Shown here: positions 1 through 13,492 of the stretch, piece by piece
Layout: each line of letters opens with the position of its first letter
How positions within the stretch are numbered: the stretch's first letter is position 1
Source: Lama guanicoe
Lineage: Eukaryota
NCBI GenBank assembly: GCA_013239625.1
Contig: MU053652.1
Span: forward strand, 5,447,902-5,511,901
DNA length: 64,000 nt
Reading direction: 5' to 3'
Translations under genes and position numbers: made by a program
The notes under the pieces: generated by a model
What the model was told of the DNA's origin: nothing
Databases searched by the model: none
Seen by the model: the letters and a program-made list of their open reading frames with translations, nothing else

Positions 1-1222
1 GTCATCACAGTCCATCAGCTAACCACCCTTGTGTATTTGGTCTGCAGTTTCTGCAAAAATGTTGCAAACTTTGTTTTCCAAACAATTTGTTGATTAAAGC
101 GATCAACAACCTGAAGAAAATATCACCACTGGTGATTTTTAATTAACAAAGACTTTTTATCTTAGTGATTTTAGTTTTGTTCCACTTTCTTTGGCAAAGT
201 TTTTGTCTGGATTGTACGATATATAATTTCCTAGTGAGTGTTAGGACCAAAAGACAAATTAATATCAACATATAAATATTTAGGCTACTGAATATTTGTA
301 ATTATTTTTACATCCATTTATTTCTAACTTGTTCTCCAGCACTTAAGTGTTTGAAAGTTTCATTCTTAAATATATAGTACAGGAAAGTTCCAGTTCATTT
401 TCATCCATGAATCATCACATTTTTCATTTGTAAACATCTGAGGTTTTTCTGAAAATTAAACATTCCCCTATTTTTCTTTAAATTTTATACAAAGCACTTT
501 AATGATAGATGCAACTTAATTTTTCAGCTTTTTTTTTTAAAGACCACACACTTACTAAGGTTAATATGAAGGTAGTAAATAGCTTACTGATATTTTATGG
601 ATACAGACAATCCCTGCACAACCACTTATAATACTTTAAATATTGCTAAAAAAGGAAGATGGGGGTGTAAACCCTGATTTTTTTTTTCTCCCAAGTAAAA
701 TCTTAAATGACCACTTTAGATAATATTTGATTCCTACTGTAAAATTTGGAAAATAATGAATTTTTGTCCATTTTTGTAATCAAGATTTTAGGGAAAACAG
801 AAGTACATCTATCTTTAATGAAATATTGGGCAGGTTTTTGTGTATCAATATTTTGTACTTTTTAGGTAGTATTTTATTTTTTAGTAATTTTTTGTCAAAT
901 TATAATTTTAAAAGGTACAGCAGAGAATATACCATGCTTTTTATATAGGTTCACACCTGTACTTAGGAGGGACCCTGTCCATCTATATACTTTTTGTATA
1001 AAATTTTAAAATGTTGAAGATCCACAAGGTCATAATAAAATGCTTCTATAGCTAGAAAAACATTTACTCTTCCCAGTGCTTTGCACTAAAATATACTGTG
1101 AAAGGAAACTAGAAAGACTGTAACTGTTGCTGGAAATGTTCTATATTGAATGTACATGCTCTTGTTGGAAAAATGTACTATATGTGATGGAAATAAACCC
1201 GACTCAAAGTTATTTCAGCTAA
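1..1222 (+). other. Distal part of a 3' UTR of an unidentified gene whose coding exons lie upstream of the window
   Basis: AT/U-rich, repeat-free, no ORF. AATAAA at 1034 and 1192, upstream TGTA motifs, and several 8mer seed matches to conserved miRNA families. Confidence 0.75.
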
Positions 1223-1275
1223 ATGTGCTTCAACAAAGGTGCATTGGTTGAAACTTAAATGTTTTATTATCAAAT
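1147..1275 (+). terminator. Cleavage/polyadenylation signal, predicted cleavage ~1215-1223
   Basis: AATAAA 1192-1197, TGTA (CFIm-type) at 1151 and 1174, and downstream GT/T-rich sequence (tgtgctt...tggttg...tgttttattat). Confidence 0.7.
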
Positions 1276-3199
1276 TTAAATTTATTCAGTGACTATGAGC
1301 AGCTCCACTTGAATTTTATCCTGATAGTTGTATTTTTAAGAATTAGAGTGATAATTTCTCTTTAATTTAAAAACAGATTTATTTTTCCACATATGGAAAA
1401 CTTATACTTAATAGGTCTAACTTTAATGATTAATAGCTTAATATTTTTAGGGAACTAAATGTGTAGGTGTTATTTCATTTATAAACCATCTTCATTAGTT
1501 GCACATTATTAAACCTGTATGTTTGACTCTTGCAAGGTGTTATCTTTTATGCATTCCTTCACGCAAGACATATTCCGAAAATAGTTTCCTTAAGTACCTA
1601 TAACAAGTGGAAAGTTACGAGGATTCCTAAAAAGCTAAGGGTAGTTCCTTGCTGCAGCTTCTCATCTGTTTGTCAGCCTTTTCCTTTTTGCTTTACTTGT
1701 TAAATACTGTAGGGGAGAAAGAGAAATGGCCTGATGTTGGTGGAGGAGAGCCCAGTTGCTGGAATTCTCTCACTCACCTGTGTCCACGGGCACATTCACA
1801 GTTTGTCTCCTCTGTCATAACTTTAGGGCCACAGAGAAGGAATTTAGGAGGTGGAATTGAGGGTTCCAAGCACTGTAAAAGATTAATCAGGGTCATAGAG
1901 AGAGAAACAGCACTATGTCAGGACTTGTCTCAGAAAGGGCCTAGAGGGAATATTTTAATCATAGTAGCCAAATTAATGGATTATGGCAGATGTAAGAGTT
2001 AGAGACTAAACTAGAACCAGTTAAGAAAGGTAGAAGTAACAAGAAGTGATTAGAAACTCTTTGTTCTTCCTATTCTTTTCTGGTCTTCATCCTTACTTTT
2101 TGGTTTTATTTCGACTCTTCAGCTTTGTCATCTCAGAGGTTCACGCTTTGAGGCTCTTGAGAAGAGGCCTAAGAAATGAGTGCCAGAAGCTTTTCTGTAT
2201 GTAGTCTATATAAGCAGATGTTTATAGCACTTTTTTTTGTTGTTGTAGGGCCAGGTAGTTAAGCAGGTAAACAACCATCAAACTGCTTATTTTATATTAA
2301 GACCTATCTCTGGCTACAAATTATATCCACCTTTGCTGCTGTTTGATCAGTTCAGAGTTTTCCTAGAGAATTCGACCCATCTTCCTTCCTGAAGATATCT
2401 TTTACTCCTAAATGTGGTGGAAGAGGAGAAACAGTAAAAGGTATGGCTTGCACTTCAAATTTAGAGGTTTACATAGTGCTAGTGAGAGGTGGATGAGGTA
2501 TGGCTGACACTGCAGGTGTTCATTAGAACATGCAGGTATACCTTGAATGCACAGTAATCATTTTTTGGGTTCATGTCTCTTTTTTTCCCCTTCTTTACTC
2601 CATACTTGAGAAAGAAAACCTTGAAGAGTATATATTCTTGAATATATAAATTACCCATCCTTAATTTTTAGCCTAGTTTTATTTGTGAGCCAAGTTTTCA
2701 GTTAACACAGATTGCTTGTACTGTTGAAAAGTACTTTCACATTTTTTAGGAATATGTATTTGTTACATTGCTTTATTACGGTCATCAGGCTGTTCTGCTG
2801 AGTTTGCTTTAAAGAGCCTATGGATCCTCTCTTATACTCTGTTTCTGCACCCTTTCCTTTTGACCTCTGTTCTGAGCTGCTAGCTCTTTCCTTTTTTTTC
2901 TTCTGTAATTAACAGAGATCATTAGTACCAAGATAGTTAAAAACTTTTTTTTTTGAGAAGGTAAGAGGGTGGAAAGTCAGCTGACTTCTTCCTGAATCAT
3001 TATTGTTCTACACTTGATTTGTCAGGTTTATCATTTATTTTCAAATTTCTTTCTCTACATATATTCACCACTATCACACCATAAGCAGAGGGGAACTTAA
3101 TGAACACCATAGATGCATCTGGTCTGGAAAATGCCTGAAGGTTGGAGGTTTTGCTGTTTGTGTCCACTGAACAGAATTAATTTACTTGATTATGTATTT

Positions 3200-3290
3200 T
3201 TGAAGTCAGGGACTATGTCTTGATCATTTTGTTTAGTGCCTAGCACGTTTTCATGCATACCCAGGCACTTTAAATAAATGATAATGATAT
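3200..3290 (+). mobile_element. L2 3' end fragment
   Basis: gcagggac-like...gtgcctagcac...aataaatg matches the L2 3' terminus. Confidence 0.6.
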
Positions 3291-3464
3291 TAAAGTAAGT
3301 AGTAGCCTTTTCCATCTCAAAATTGTGCTGTCATATACTTTGAGACTTCGGGCCTTAATTTCTTAAACTCTTACTCAATATTGATAGATTTAATTTATTT
3401 TAGGAAGTACCACTAGTACTCAAATGAGAGTGTATGATAATAAAGAGAATTCTTAGTATTAGCT

Positions 3465-3710
3465 GGTAGTTATGAACATTCATGGAGTGCTTACTGTATG
3501 CCAAGCACTTTGCTAGCCTTTACATGCATAACACCCCTAATCCACCAACAACCCTGTGAAGTAAGAACTGTTCCTTCACTATCCCCACTTTACAGAATAG
3601 AAAATTGAAGCATAGAGAAGTTCAGTGATTTACTCAAGTTTGCATAGCTAGTGAATTACAGACTTGAGACCTGAGACTAAGTCGTACTACAAAGCACGTG
3701 CCCTTAATTA
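3465..3710 (-). mobile_element. MIR SINE
   Basis: Antisense MIR: gagtgcttactgtatgccaagcact...ccccactttacaga...gaaaattgaagcatagagaagtt. Confidence 0.85.
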
Positions 3711-3789
3711 GTGCATCTTGTATTTGCAGATTTTATGGTTTGCAGATCACGTTCAGTACGTTACTTTTTGGCAACTTGGTGTAATGATT

Positions 3790-4000
3790 TGGAGCTGGAT
3801 TAGTTGGTGAATTTTTTGGATCCACAGATTATTTCCTATGTGACTTTGTGCAAGTTAAGTTACTTAAACATTCTGCGTCCTAGTTACCTCACTTACAAAA
3901 GGAGGATCATATTTCTTACCTTATAGGTGGTTCTGAGGATAAAATGAAAAGTACACATAAAACAGGATGGGCCTTGTCATGTAACAATAAATGTTTGATA
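3790..4000 (+). mobile_element. MIR SINE
   Basis: tgtgactttgtgcaagtt...cttaccttataggtggttctgaggataaaatga...aataaatgtt. Confidence 0.75.
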
Positions 4001-6204
4001 TGATCACTGTAAGTGATTTTCACAGTATATCCAAGTGTGGAAGTTTTAAGTTTAAATGGAAATGTGTGCATTAGAAGAGAGAACTTTATTGCTACGTTCT
4101 CTGCTGCTTTTGTATTTAATTGGGACAGTGCAGACAACCAACTGTATTATTTGCTACCAGTTTTCTTCTAATCAGATATTACTAGTTTATCATTCCTATT
4201 CATAAATTTTTCATTTGTCTTGAAAAGGATATTAGGTAGTTTTAAGCATGTTCTCTTTAAATTAGGCTTTGTTTTTGTTGTTGCTTCTTAGAATGACCCA
4301 TCTGTCTTAAAATTCTCATTAGTATCTGTTCTGTCACACAATATTTTCGTTTTGGTCGTGTAAAATATTGACATGGAGCAAATATTAATTGAGTCATATA
4401 GCTGAAATATTTCTATGAAACTAAAGTAGGTATGCAGTACTATTTAAAAGCACACATTCAGTTGTGGAAAGAGTAGATTCTTCAGGAGAGCATAGTTTGG
4501 GCTAAGTCAGGAGTTTTTTTGGTGAATGTGTCATGAAGAGATAAGAAGAAACGCTACTTTTCAGAAGTTGCCAATGGTAGTCATCAATGGCAGTGCTCCA
4601 GATTTCAGCTGAGGTGCAAATACTGTTAAATTATCTGTTGAGCAGGTTTCCCTACACACCCGCCTGTTCTTGATCTTGCTTTTTTAACTATAAGATGACG
4701 ATTTAAAAAATTTTTGTGTCGAGGGATAATTTGCAACATCAGAGAACCTTTATCCCTAGGTTTGGAGGAATCTTCATACCCTGAACTGCAGGTCAAGTGC
4801 TGGGGTTCCAGCACCTGGGCTGTGTGGCTTCTTAATGATTCTGATACTCAAATATTTATGTCAGGTAGCTGAGCATATTCCTGGCACACAAAATATTGTA
4901 AAGTTTAAGCAGTAGAGTGTTGTGGTTGAAAAAAAAAAGTAGTCAGATGAAAACAAACCAAAAACCCCACTTTGAACTCTTGAGCAATAGTAACTTGTAA
5001 TCTGTCTGGGTGTCCTGCTCTGTATAACCTGGTAACACTTTCAATACAAGAGCATATAATGATGTTATGTTCAGAGGAGAAATTATTACACCAAAATGAA
5101 CCCTTTGTGTGTAGAACTCTTTATAATTCTTTCAAATATTAGTTATTAATTCCTTCTATCTGTGGGATTACCTTGAAAATAAATTAGCCCTGAGAAATGG
5201 AACTGTGGCTTTTAGTCAGACTTCCTAAGCTGTGCAGAAATACATGTTTTAAAAAGCTGAGACTCCTCTTGGCTAAATCAATGCTTTGAGAGGCCTAAAC
5301 GCCAAAGTACCTAGTTGTGTCTGGTAGTTTTTATTTTGGAAGAAACAGCGAGAAATACTGTTCTTCTAAGGAAAAAAATTGTGAAGCACTAGGAACATTG
5401 TGTGTACACGTGATTGAATTACATGAAAACAATTAACTTTTAGGGAAAGGATTTTTTGGTAGTAGTATTGGATTTTTGACACATAGGTTGTTAGGGTCAT
5501 TTTTATCTAAGCTGTAGGAGAGTGGCCATGCCATTTTCATGCCTTTTGCTCATTAGATACTTACTGCGTTCCTTGGAATCTGACATACTGGGCAGTTGTA
5601 GATGTTTGAGACTTTCTGAGCTTCATTCTCCTTCCCTTTTGAATGGGCAGGCGAGGATGTAAAATAGACTCCCGGGGCTATTATAAAGTTAGACAAGAGA
5701 ACATGCTTAGTGAAATTTGTGAATCATCTTCAATATTTATATCCTCAAGTTAAAAAACTTGCCTCAAAATATTTTCATAATTTTCCAATTTGTCATTTCT
5801 TTGCCTGGGTATCTTGACTAGTCAACTATTGTTTCTTGTGATTGTGAGTGAAAAAAATCGCTTATTTGTCATGAAATTCGGATGCAAACATACACTAATA
5901 AGAGGAGGAAACTTTTAAAGGAGATGGTTTTGTTGCCTACAACTGTCGTGGATCTCTTTTTAATCTCTAAGTGTATAATTCTAGTGATATAAATTGTTAA
6001 TTTTTAAGGTTTAAGATACTTCTTTGAAGGTCATTTCTTTCTAAAACAGTTAACTAGAGTTAAAGAACACAGTGTCTTCAAACCACAGATTCTACAAGAT
6101 GGAAGTAAGACCCTCAGTACTTGGATGACCAGCCACCACTAATTTGCCATGTCATCTAGTTGCTGGTATGTGATCGCATGTGCACCCATACATATGAATA
6201 CAAA

Positions 6205-6870
6205 TACCGTGCTACCCTTTTTGTTGTTGTTAGCACAGAGATTTAGTTGGTTTGTAGCCAGTAAAGAGAGGTTTGTTGGAAGGCATTGTGTGGAGAAATA
6301 AGAGAGAAAGAAGTGGCCAGGCCTTAAGGGAATCTAGGAGTAATTGTACAAACTGGCTTCACTGTGTAGATTTTAACTAGGTATTAAAGTGGAAAAATTA
6401 ATGCAACTCTGGTGACTGGGTGTTGCCCTCTTAGCAGCAGCAGTATTGTTTCTCTGCTGCTGTTGTCCCTTCTGAGACTCTGCTTTTACTTTAAAAAAAA
6501 AAAAGGCCTCATTTGATTTCTTAGTGTGGTTATGTAACTGCCTTATTACTTCCCCTACTTGACTTCTTGTCTTTCAGCTACTTTCCCTCTCCATATAACT
6601 TGAATTCAGACTTCTGTCAGACAAAATCTGATTGGTTCAGTTTGGTATGTTGTCTGTCGGGCAAATCTCCCGTGCTAGGCATCTTTGTAGGTTGCTGGCC
6701 ATAGGTTGCTCCTCAGAGGTTGGCTGTTCTGGGACAAGTGCTCTCTGTTGGTCCTGTTGTTGGTGATCATGGTGGCAGAGTCAGTGGCATAAAACATGGC
6801 CCTGGACCTGGTAAAAAATCTTTTTGTGCCAGTCTTTCAAAGAGGAATCTGGATAGTTCTAGAATGTGAT
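6205..6870 (-). mobile_element. Old MaLR LTR (MLT1 family)
   Basis: aatctgattggttcag...ggcagagtcagtggcataaaacatggc and gtttgttggaaggcattg resemble antisense old MLT1 consensus. Confidence 0.55.
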
Positions 6871-7361
6871 CATCTTTCCAGTGCACGTGATATTCTTCCA
6901 TTTTAAAGGTGATAGAATTAAAGGTAACCTGTGGGCTTGACTATTACGTAAATACAGCACCAACAGTCCTTTCCATACTGAGAATAAGTGGGAAACAGTT
7001 CTCTAATCAGCGCCTGCAGTTCCTTCTCTGAACTGCCTGGTGCTGTGACCATCTTTGGCTTTGCAGATTCAAAGCCATCCTGAAGTTTTCACTCAAAAAG
7101 AGCCATTACCGTTCCAGCATCTTAGGCCATTCTGTCAGTCACTGCTATTTTCTAGACACCCACAATTTTGCTGCACAATTTGAGTTGGTGATATAGTGAA
7201 TCCTTAGAGTATCACTTTTGCTCTTCAACTTGTATTTCCCACATTTGGGCTTACTCTGCAGTAGCTGCTTTATATCCTCTCATTCATTCCTTCGGTGACA
7301 GGCACTACTGAGTGTTCATCATGTGTCTGGCACTATTCCATTTGTCTGGAAAACAGAATCA

Positions 7362-7625
7362 CACGGTAGTTAAAGCATGAATTTTTAAGAGTCATGCATA
7401 CCTGAGTTCCAGTCCTGGCTCCTTTACTTACTAGCTGTGTAGTTTGGGCAGGTTACTTAGTTTTCCTCAGCTTCAGTTTTCTTATCTGTAAAATGATAAT
7501 ATAAGAAACTACTTTATAGGTAGGTTTGCTGTGGGAATTTATAAAAGTTTAATGGTATATTGTATGTAATATACTTAGAACAATGCCTGGCTCAAGAGCT
7601 CAGTAAGTATGTATTAATACTGTTA
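7362..7625 (+). mobile_element. MIR SINE, near full length
   Basis: cctgagttccagtcctggctcctttacttactagctgtgt...cagttttcttatctgtaaaatg...cttagaacaatgcctggc. Confidence 0.9.
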
Positions 7626-8689
7626 CAGTGATCGTTAAAATTGCTATCAGTTTGCTGCCAAAATACTTTCTGGCACTTGCCAAATAGTTTCTGGTTATCT
7701 TGCTTTGCCATTTGATGTCCGTTGCCTTTTTGTTGGTATTAATCCAACCGTTTAAGGAAAAGTCAGACATAACATCTGTGATAAGGCCAAGATAGACAGC
7801 AGTTTATTAAGTTAGAACATACTACTTTATGGGTCTTTAATCTGCTGCCATTTTTGGCAGTACCTTTTGCTGATTGTTCAAGAATATGTTGAACTTTTTG
7901 ATACAATTTTGCTTCTTTGTGATTAATGTTTTAGAACAATGAATAATTTTGAGTAGCAAAACTCAGAACAGCTTTCAGTTTTATTATGACTTTTTGTAAC
8001 ACTAGGCTATGGGTACAAGAATATATTCTGAGTTTATAAGCAAGAATTAGGTCTTCTCTTTGTATCACTAATGTTTCACAGGATGCCTGGCATATAACAG
8101 GTGCTAAGGGACTGATGAAGGAAGGAAGGAAGGAAAGGACGGACATTACATCAGTTATCTTCAGGCTTATCATTAGTACACAATATGTCTTTGCCTTTAA
8201 GCTTTCTCATTACCTCATCTTCTGACCTATATAGCTTCTCTGTCTGTGAGTTCCTCTGTTTCTGTTTCTGCCGGCTTCTGTTTCTTGACTTTTTGTTTGT
8301 GCCGCCTAGCTGCTGCTGTTGTTACTAAGTAGTGGTGACAAATTCAAACTTACGGGAGTGCTGTATTGACTGCATACTCTGATAAATAATCCATAATCAG
8401 TTACACACTATGTGGGTGTACATTTAATGATATTTTGGTAATTCTTTTTTTAAGATTTACCTTTGTTTAATTCATGCCTATTGAATTCTGTGAAATGCAG
8501 CTCACACTTCACTTTGATTCCACTCGCAAGTCATAGGAATTAGAATTAGTTAGTTATTTTATTTACCCATTCTCGGCATTGCTACTTCAGAACTTTTACA
8601 CTGTCCTCAAAGCCTCCAGTCCTGTTTTGTTTCCTTGATAAGAGGCAACCTTGCCTATATCATAGCAAAACGCAGAGGAGATTTCTTTA

Positions 8690-9160
8690 TGCTCCTCTTC
8701 TGCATCACAATTATATTCTCTTCCTTCTTTGGTTCTTTGAATGAAGAAATGTTCTTTTTTTTTTTTCCCCAAGTCCAATACTTCTACCCTTGTTAATCTT
8801 TCTCGGACCTTCCTCCAGCAATCCTCCTTTCCTTCCCTCTCCTCATCTCTGTCTCCCTCTGTACCAACTTCTCACTCTCAACCTACAAACATGCTCAAAT
8901 TCCTTTCAGCCAGAAAGTGAACTTCCCTTCCAGACTACCTTCAGTCTAGTTACTGCCATCTGTTGCGCCTTCCTTTCACTGTCAGACGTCCATGTGCTCT
9001 CATGCTACTCTGGCCTAGCACTGTTTCACTGTACTGTAATTGTCTGTTTCATTGTCTCCCTCCTCGGTTAAGCTCTTAGGAGACCTGTGCCTTGGTCACC
9101 ATTACTTCCCCAGGGCCTAGGATAGTTCCTGGCACACAGTAAGCATTCAGTAACAGAAGT
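8690..9160 (+). mobile_element. L2 fragment(s) including a 3' end
   Basis: Pyrimidine-rich L2 body ending in ccagggcctaggatagttcctggcacacagtaagcattcagtaa. Confidence 0.65.
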
Positions 9161-9299
9161 AGTAAGTGATGCTTTAAGAATGGAGGAATGTGACAGAGTA
9201 TAAAAGAAGAAAAAGTAAGGAAACTCTGATTCACATTTAAAGGCCTAGTAACAAAATAAAAGCCAGTGGCAAGAGAGGAAGGATCAGAGTTCTATTGAA

Positions 9300-10240
9300 A
9301 TTATCTAGTTGTGTCTCTCCCCTAGGCTATAAGCATCTTAGGTGTAGGACTCCTGTCTTTTCTTTATACCCCTAGCACCTAGCACAGTACCTGGAACATG
9401 GTGGATATTGATAAATATTTATCAAACTGATGCTCCTGTGAACTCTGATCCTTCCTCCATCTTCTGTGAAGATGACCCCAGACTTATTTTCTAGCCTGGC
9501 TGTTCTAATTATAAGACCATTTGTTTTCAAAGTTACATGTCAGGTATCTTCACATGGATGTTTCTCCATATCTTAAAGGAACAGAAACTCAGTAAATCAA
9601 ACTTACTGTCTTCCCTTTAAACTTGCTCCTACTTTATGTGTTACCGGTTTCAATGATTCACATTCCTACCTTCCTGGTTACCTGGGCTAATTAGAATCCT
9701 AAGAAATACCCTGACTCTTTCTCTCTCTTAGACTCTTTACCTGGTTAGTGACAGTGCCTGCCCATCCTGCCTTTGAATGTTTTTCACATCTGGCTCTTCT
9801 TTGCCATCTCCACCTTTAGTAGTTTAGTTTGGACTCTTATCTCTTACCTACACTACTGCAGTAGTCTCTAAATTGACCACCTGTCTGATCTGTCTTCCAT
9901 GCTGCTGTCACACTGCTTTCCTAAAATACAGATCTGTTGTTAATGTATGTTCATTGCTTGACTGAGTTACTCATTGTCGGGTCTTAGCTTAAATGTCACT
10001 TCTAAATAGAGACAATCTAAAGTAGTCTCTCTTGTGGTTCTGTTTCATGTTCCTTTCCCTGTTGTCATCCAGTACAGTTTTTAGTTATGTTTATCTTTGT
10101 GCATTGATTTGTTTAATGTCTTTCTTCCCACGGGAGAGGTTTATGTGAGAGACTGGAGAGAGTTATGTAGACTCTGTGCCTAGCACAATGTTTAGGACAT
10201 AGTAATCCTTAAAAAACATTTGTCGAATGAGTGGATGGAT
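9300..10240 (+). mobile_element. L2 fragments with two 3' ends
   Basis: cctagcacctagcacagtacctgg...ataaatattt at ~9370-9420 and gtgcctagcacaatg...tgtcgaatgagtggatgg at ~10175-10240. Confidence 0.75.
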
Positions 10241-10859
10241 TATAGCTAGCTTATTAGTATAGGAAAACAGGAGATAGTAAAAGCAGAAAAGTTACAGGGT
10301 CCTAGAATCTGCCTGCATTTTCATGGACCTTGGTCAGTACTTCTAGCCTTTGTGAAATAGTAATGGGCTTCTCCCTTCTGCCATTTGCATTTATTTCCCT
10401 GAGAATGGGAGTCAACAATTATATTACCCCATACTTAATTAATGCTGATATGACTACAGTTGATTTGGGGGCTGTAGATGGTGGCAGCTAGATTTACCTG
10501 TTATTAATGCATAGGTAGTGTCCTAGGCATGCAGGCAAACAGGTATTTGCTAAGTTGAGTTAACCCAGATTCCTTTTTAGCCTCTTGAGTGATGCAGGCC
10601 TTTATATCGTGCTAATTAAAGTGTTTATTGTTTGTGGGACTAGTTGTGTTTGAAATGAGGTATTTATTTGCCTTTTAAAGATTAAAGATTTTAATTTAGC
10701 AAACTTTTATTGAATGGAAAATGAAAAAAAATTAAATATTATCTAGAGACAGATGAATAATAATAAGCAAATTAAACTTCCCCTCCCCGTGCAGCCTGCT
10801 CAGGTATCAAAAGTCAGAATTTCGTAAGTCTTCTTCAGATTTCATTGTCTTAGGTTGAC

Positions 10860-11750
10860 TTGCTTCATCCATTCTGTAGACATACTGAGCTCCTGCTTTG
10901 TGCGAGGCACCGAGTTAGGTCCTAGGGTTATAGAGATAAGAAATACAGTTTCTTCTCTCAAGTGCTGAGGAAGAAGAATACATTATAAAGATACACTGAA
11001 GTGGAATATTAAGGCACACTTAGTGGTCGGTGAAGGCTTTCCATAATTGATTCATCATTTTAAAGTTAAGTTTTAAGAGTTAGCTAGGTAGAAAAACTTT
11101 CCATGTAGATAGAGAGGACATGAGAACACATGGAGACTAAAGAAAGGAATACGACCAAAGCAAGAAAGATCTTATATACCAAGTGAGTAGTTAGAATCAT
11201 ATTTCCAAAATTAGGGGTAGTTGTGGAAGGATTTTAAGCCAGGGGCATCTGATAGCACTGAGGAGACTGAATTGGAGATGGGATAAGGGTAAGATTTGTG
11301 GTGGAGAAATCAAATAGAAGCCAGTTTCAGAAATTTAAGTAAAAAGTGATCAGGGCCTCAATTTAGATAATGGCACTGAGACTATGGAGATGGATACAGA
11401 TACTATAATTATCTCAGAAGTGGAATTTCCCAGACAGCAGAGATGAAGACAGTCTAGTATGATTCCCAGGTTTGGGCTTTCTGGCTAGGCAGGTGGATGG
11501 TACCATTTTTCAGGATATGGAACACGGGAGGGGGAACACCTTTCCTGGGGGAAGCGTTGGATTAAAGTCTACAAACGTGTTGAGTGTGAGGTGCTTGTGG
11601 GCCATCTAACTGGAGATGCTTAGTGTGAGTAGGAGATACAGACTAGAGGTCAGGAGAGATTGCCCGGGGACTCAAGATTTAGGAGTCATCCATGTACGTG
11701 TGGTTGTTGAAGCCATAGGTTTCAAAGAGGTTACCGGAAAGAATAAATAG
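10860..11750 (-). mobile_element. L2 fragment
   Basis: ttcatccattc...actgagctcctgctttgtgcgaggcac; later gattcccaggtttgg and ttgagtgtgaggtgcttgtgggccatctaactggagatg. Confidence 0.8.
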
Positions 11751-13464
11751 AATCAATATATCATACTAATTCTCACATTCTCTTAGTTTATTGTTTATTG
11801 TATAATTTAGATCAGTGCCTTCCTATTTCAGTTTTTCTTTTGGGAAATGATGTTTGGTTAGCGCACTGGTTCTCTGTCTTTTCCCCACCGCCACCCCTAC
11901 CCCCCCACATATGGCGTCTATACTATAACGTGTATTTGATACCACTCTAACAAGTGCTGGATAATTAAATTATAATAGCATTAGGCAATGTGAACTAATC
12001 TATATATTGTATTTAGAAGGCTTTTTCAAAAATCTGTAAGACCTATTTTTAAAAGATTGTTTCTTTAAAAAGAAACTATCTTATTTTTTAAAATAAGCTA
12101 TTATTAGTGTTCTTGGACTGAACAAAATGTGTTTGTTGAGTCCCATAGCTTGGGTCTGTCTGTCCAGGAGTTGTCACTTAGTCCCTATGCCTCTGACTAA
12201 GGCAGAAACTGTCTCTGAAAACTAAGAGAAAACCATCTGGATAAACTAATAGAATCTGACATAATCCATATGATAAACTTCAGTGATTTAGTATCCATAG
12301 CCAGATTCCAAGGGGAAAAGTATGCCATTAAACATTGAGCAGATGATTGAAATAAATTGTAGTAATTTTACTTTTCTAGGATGCACTCTTTGGACTGGTG
12401 AATATTTAAAATAACCATTAATGAAAACTAGATACTTCACTGTCATGTATGTTCCTGGAGGGCCCTCGAAGGTTTCTCTCTATTTCTTTTTACCTCCTTT
12501 GTGAAGGGAGAACCTGACAATAAATAAAACTTTAGATCTTACCATCTAGATAACCACTAGAGTTTAAGTGGGGATTTTTGTTCCCTCAGAACTGAAATGA
12601 AGCAGCCTATTTACCCTATCTAGGCCAATGAGTACTTTTAGGACAGTATGCAGAATGACTTTTAAGAAATCAGCCCTGCTTGGGATCAAAACCAGTGACT
12701 TAATACTGAAAGCATAGGTCTGTATGCCATTTGAGCTATCCAGCTTTTGATTAACTTTCAAAATCTGCCTTTAAAGGGAAGAATTACCACTGTGTGTTAG
12801 GTTTCAATAGAGCAAATTTTATGGATGAGTCATATGACCTTTAAAACTGAAGTCAATCATAGAAATGCTGACAGACTTGAACTAGAAGAGGATAACTATA
12901 ATAAAACAACATTTTAATATAATTTCAAAATCTATAGTAAAATGAGAAAAAGAAACCTTTAAAATTTGCTGTTCTAATGCTTTGAAAATGGTTTATTTTT
13001 CTTGTTATTCGAACTTTAATCAACCATAGGCATCAGCATAAGCCCGTAGCCATGTCAGGATAACACAAGGCACATTACTATAGCACAGAATTATTTTAGA
13101 TCATAAACTTTTAACTAATACTTGTTTCCAGTCTTCCTTTTTATTTTAAATAAATTTGTTCCTAAACATTGATTTTTTTTCCCTCTAGTAAGCCTCTATA
13201 TACTCATTCTCACCTTAGTAAATTAGTAAGAGATTACTAAAAAAAAGAGTAATATGTGTATTTAGCTGTTTGAAGGATTGTAACAAAAATGAACAATAGA
13301 ATAGAATTTTAGAATTTATATTTTCTACATTAAAAACTTCATTTGTTTAATAACCTTTTTAAAAATATTTGTTGATATTGTTTCTTGTTCTATGCCAGTG
13401 TTTGAGAGAGAAATTTTGTTTAGAAGTTTCTTACGAGATTTATCAGTATTTTGCCAGTAACAAC

Positions 13465-13492
13465 ACCCCCCCCCCACACACACACTCTCTCT
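13465..13492. repeat. C-run/(CA)n/(CT)n simple repeat
   Basis: cccccccccccacacacacactctctct seen directly. Confidence 0.8.

Noticed and set aside
1..1222. Assigning a gene symbol to the 3' UTR
   Set aside because: No coding sequence lies in the window and I do not recognise the UTR with confidence; BLASTN is needed.
3465..4000. Inverted MIR pair as a dsRNA hairpin
   Set aside because: The copies are too diverged from each other for extended pairing, and such pairs are common.
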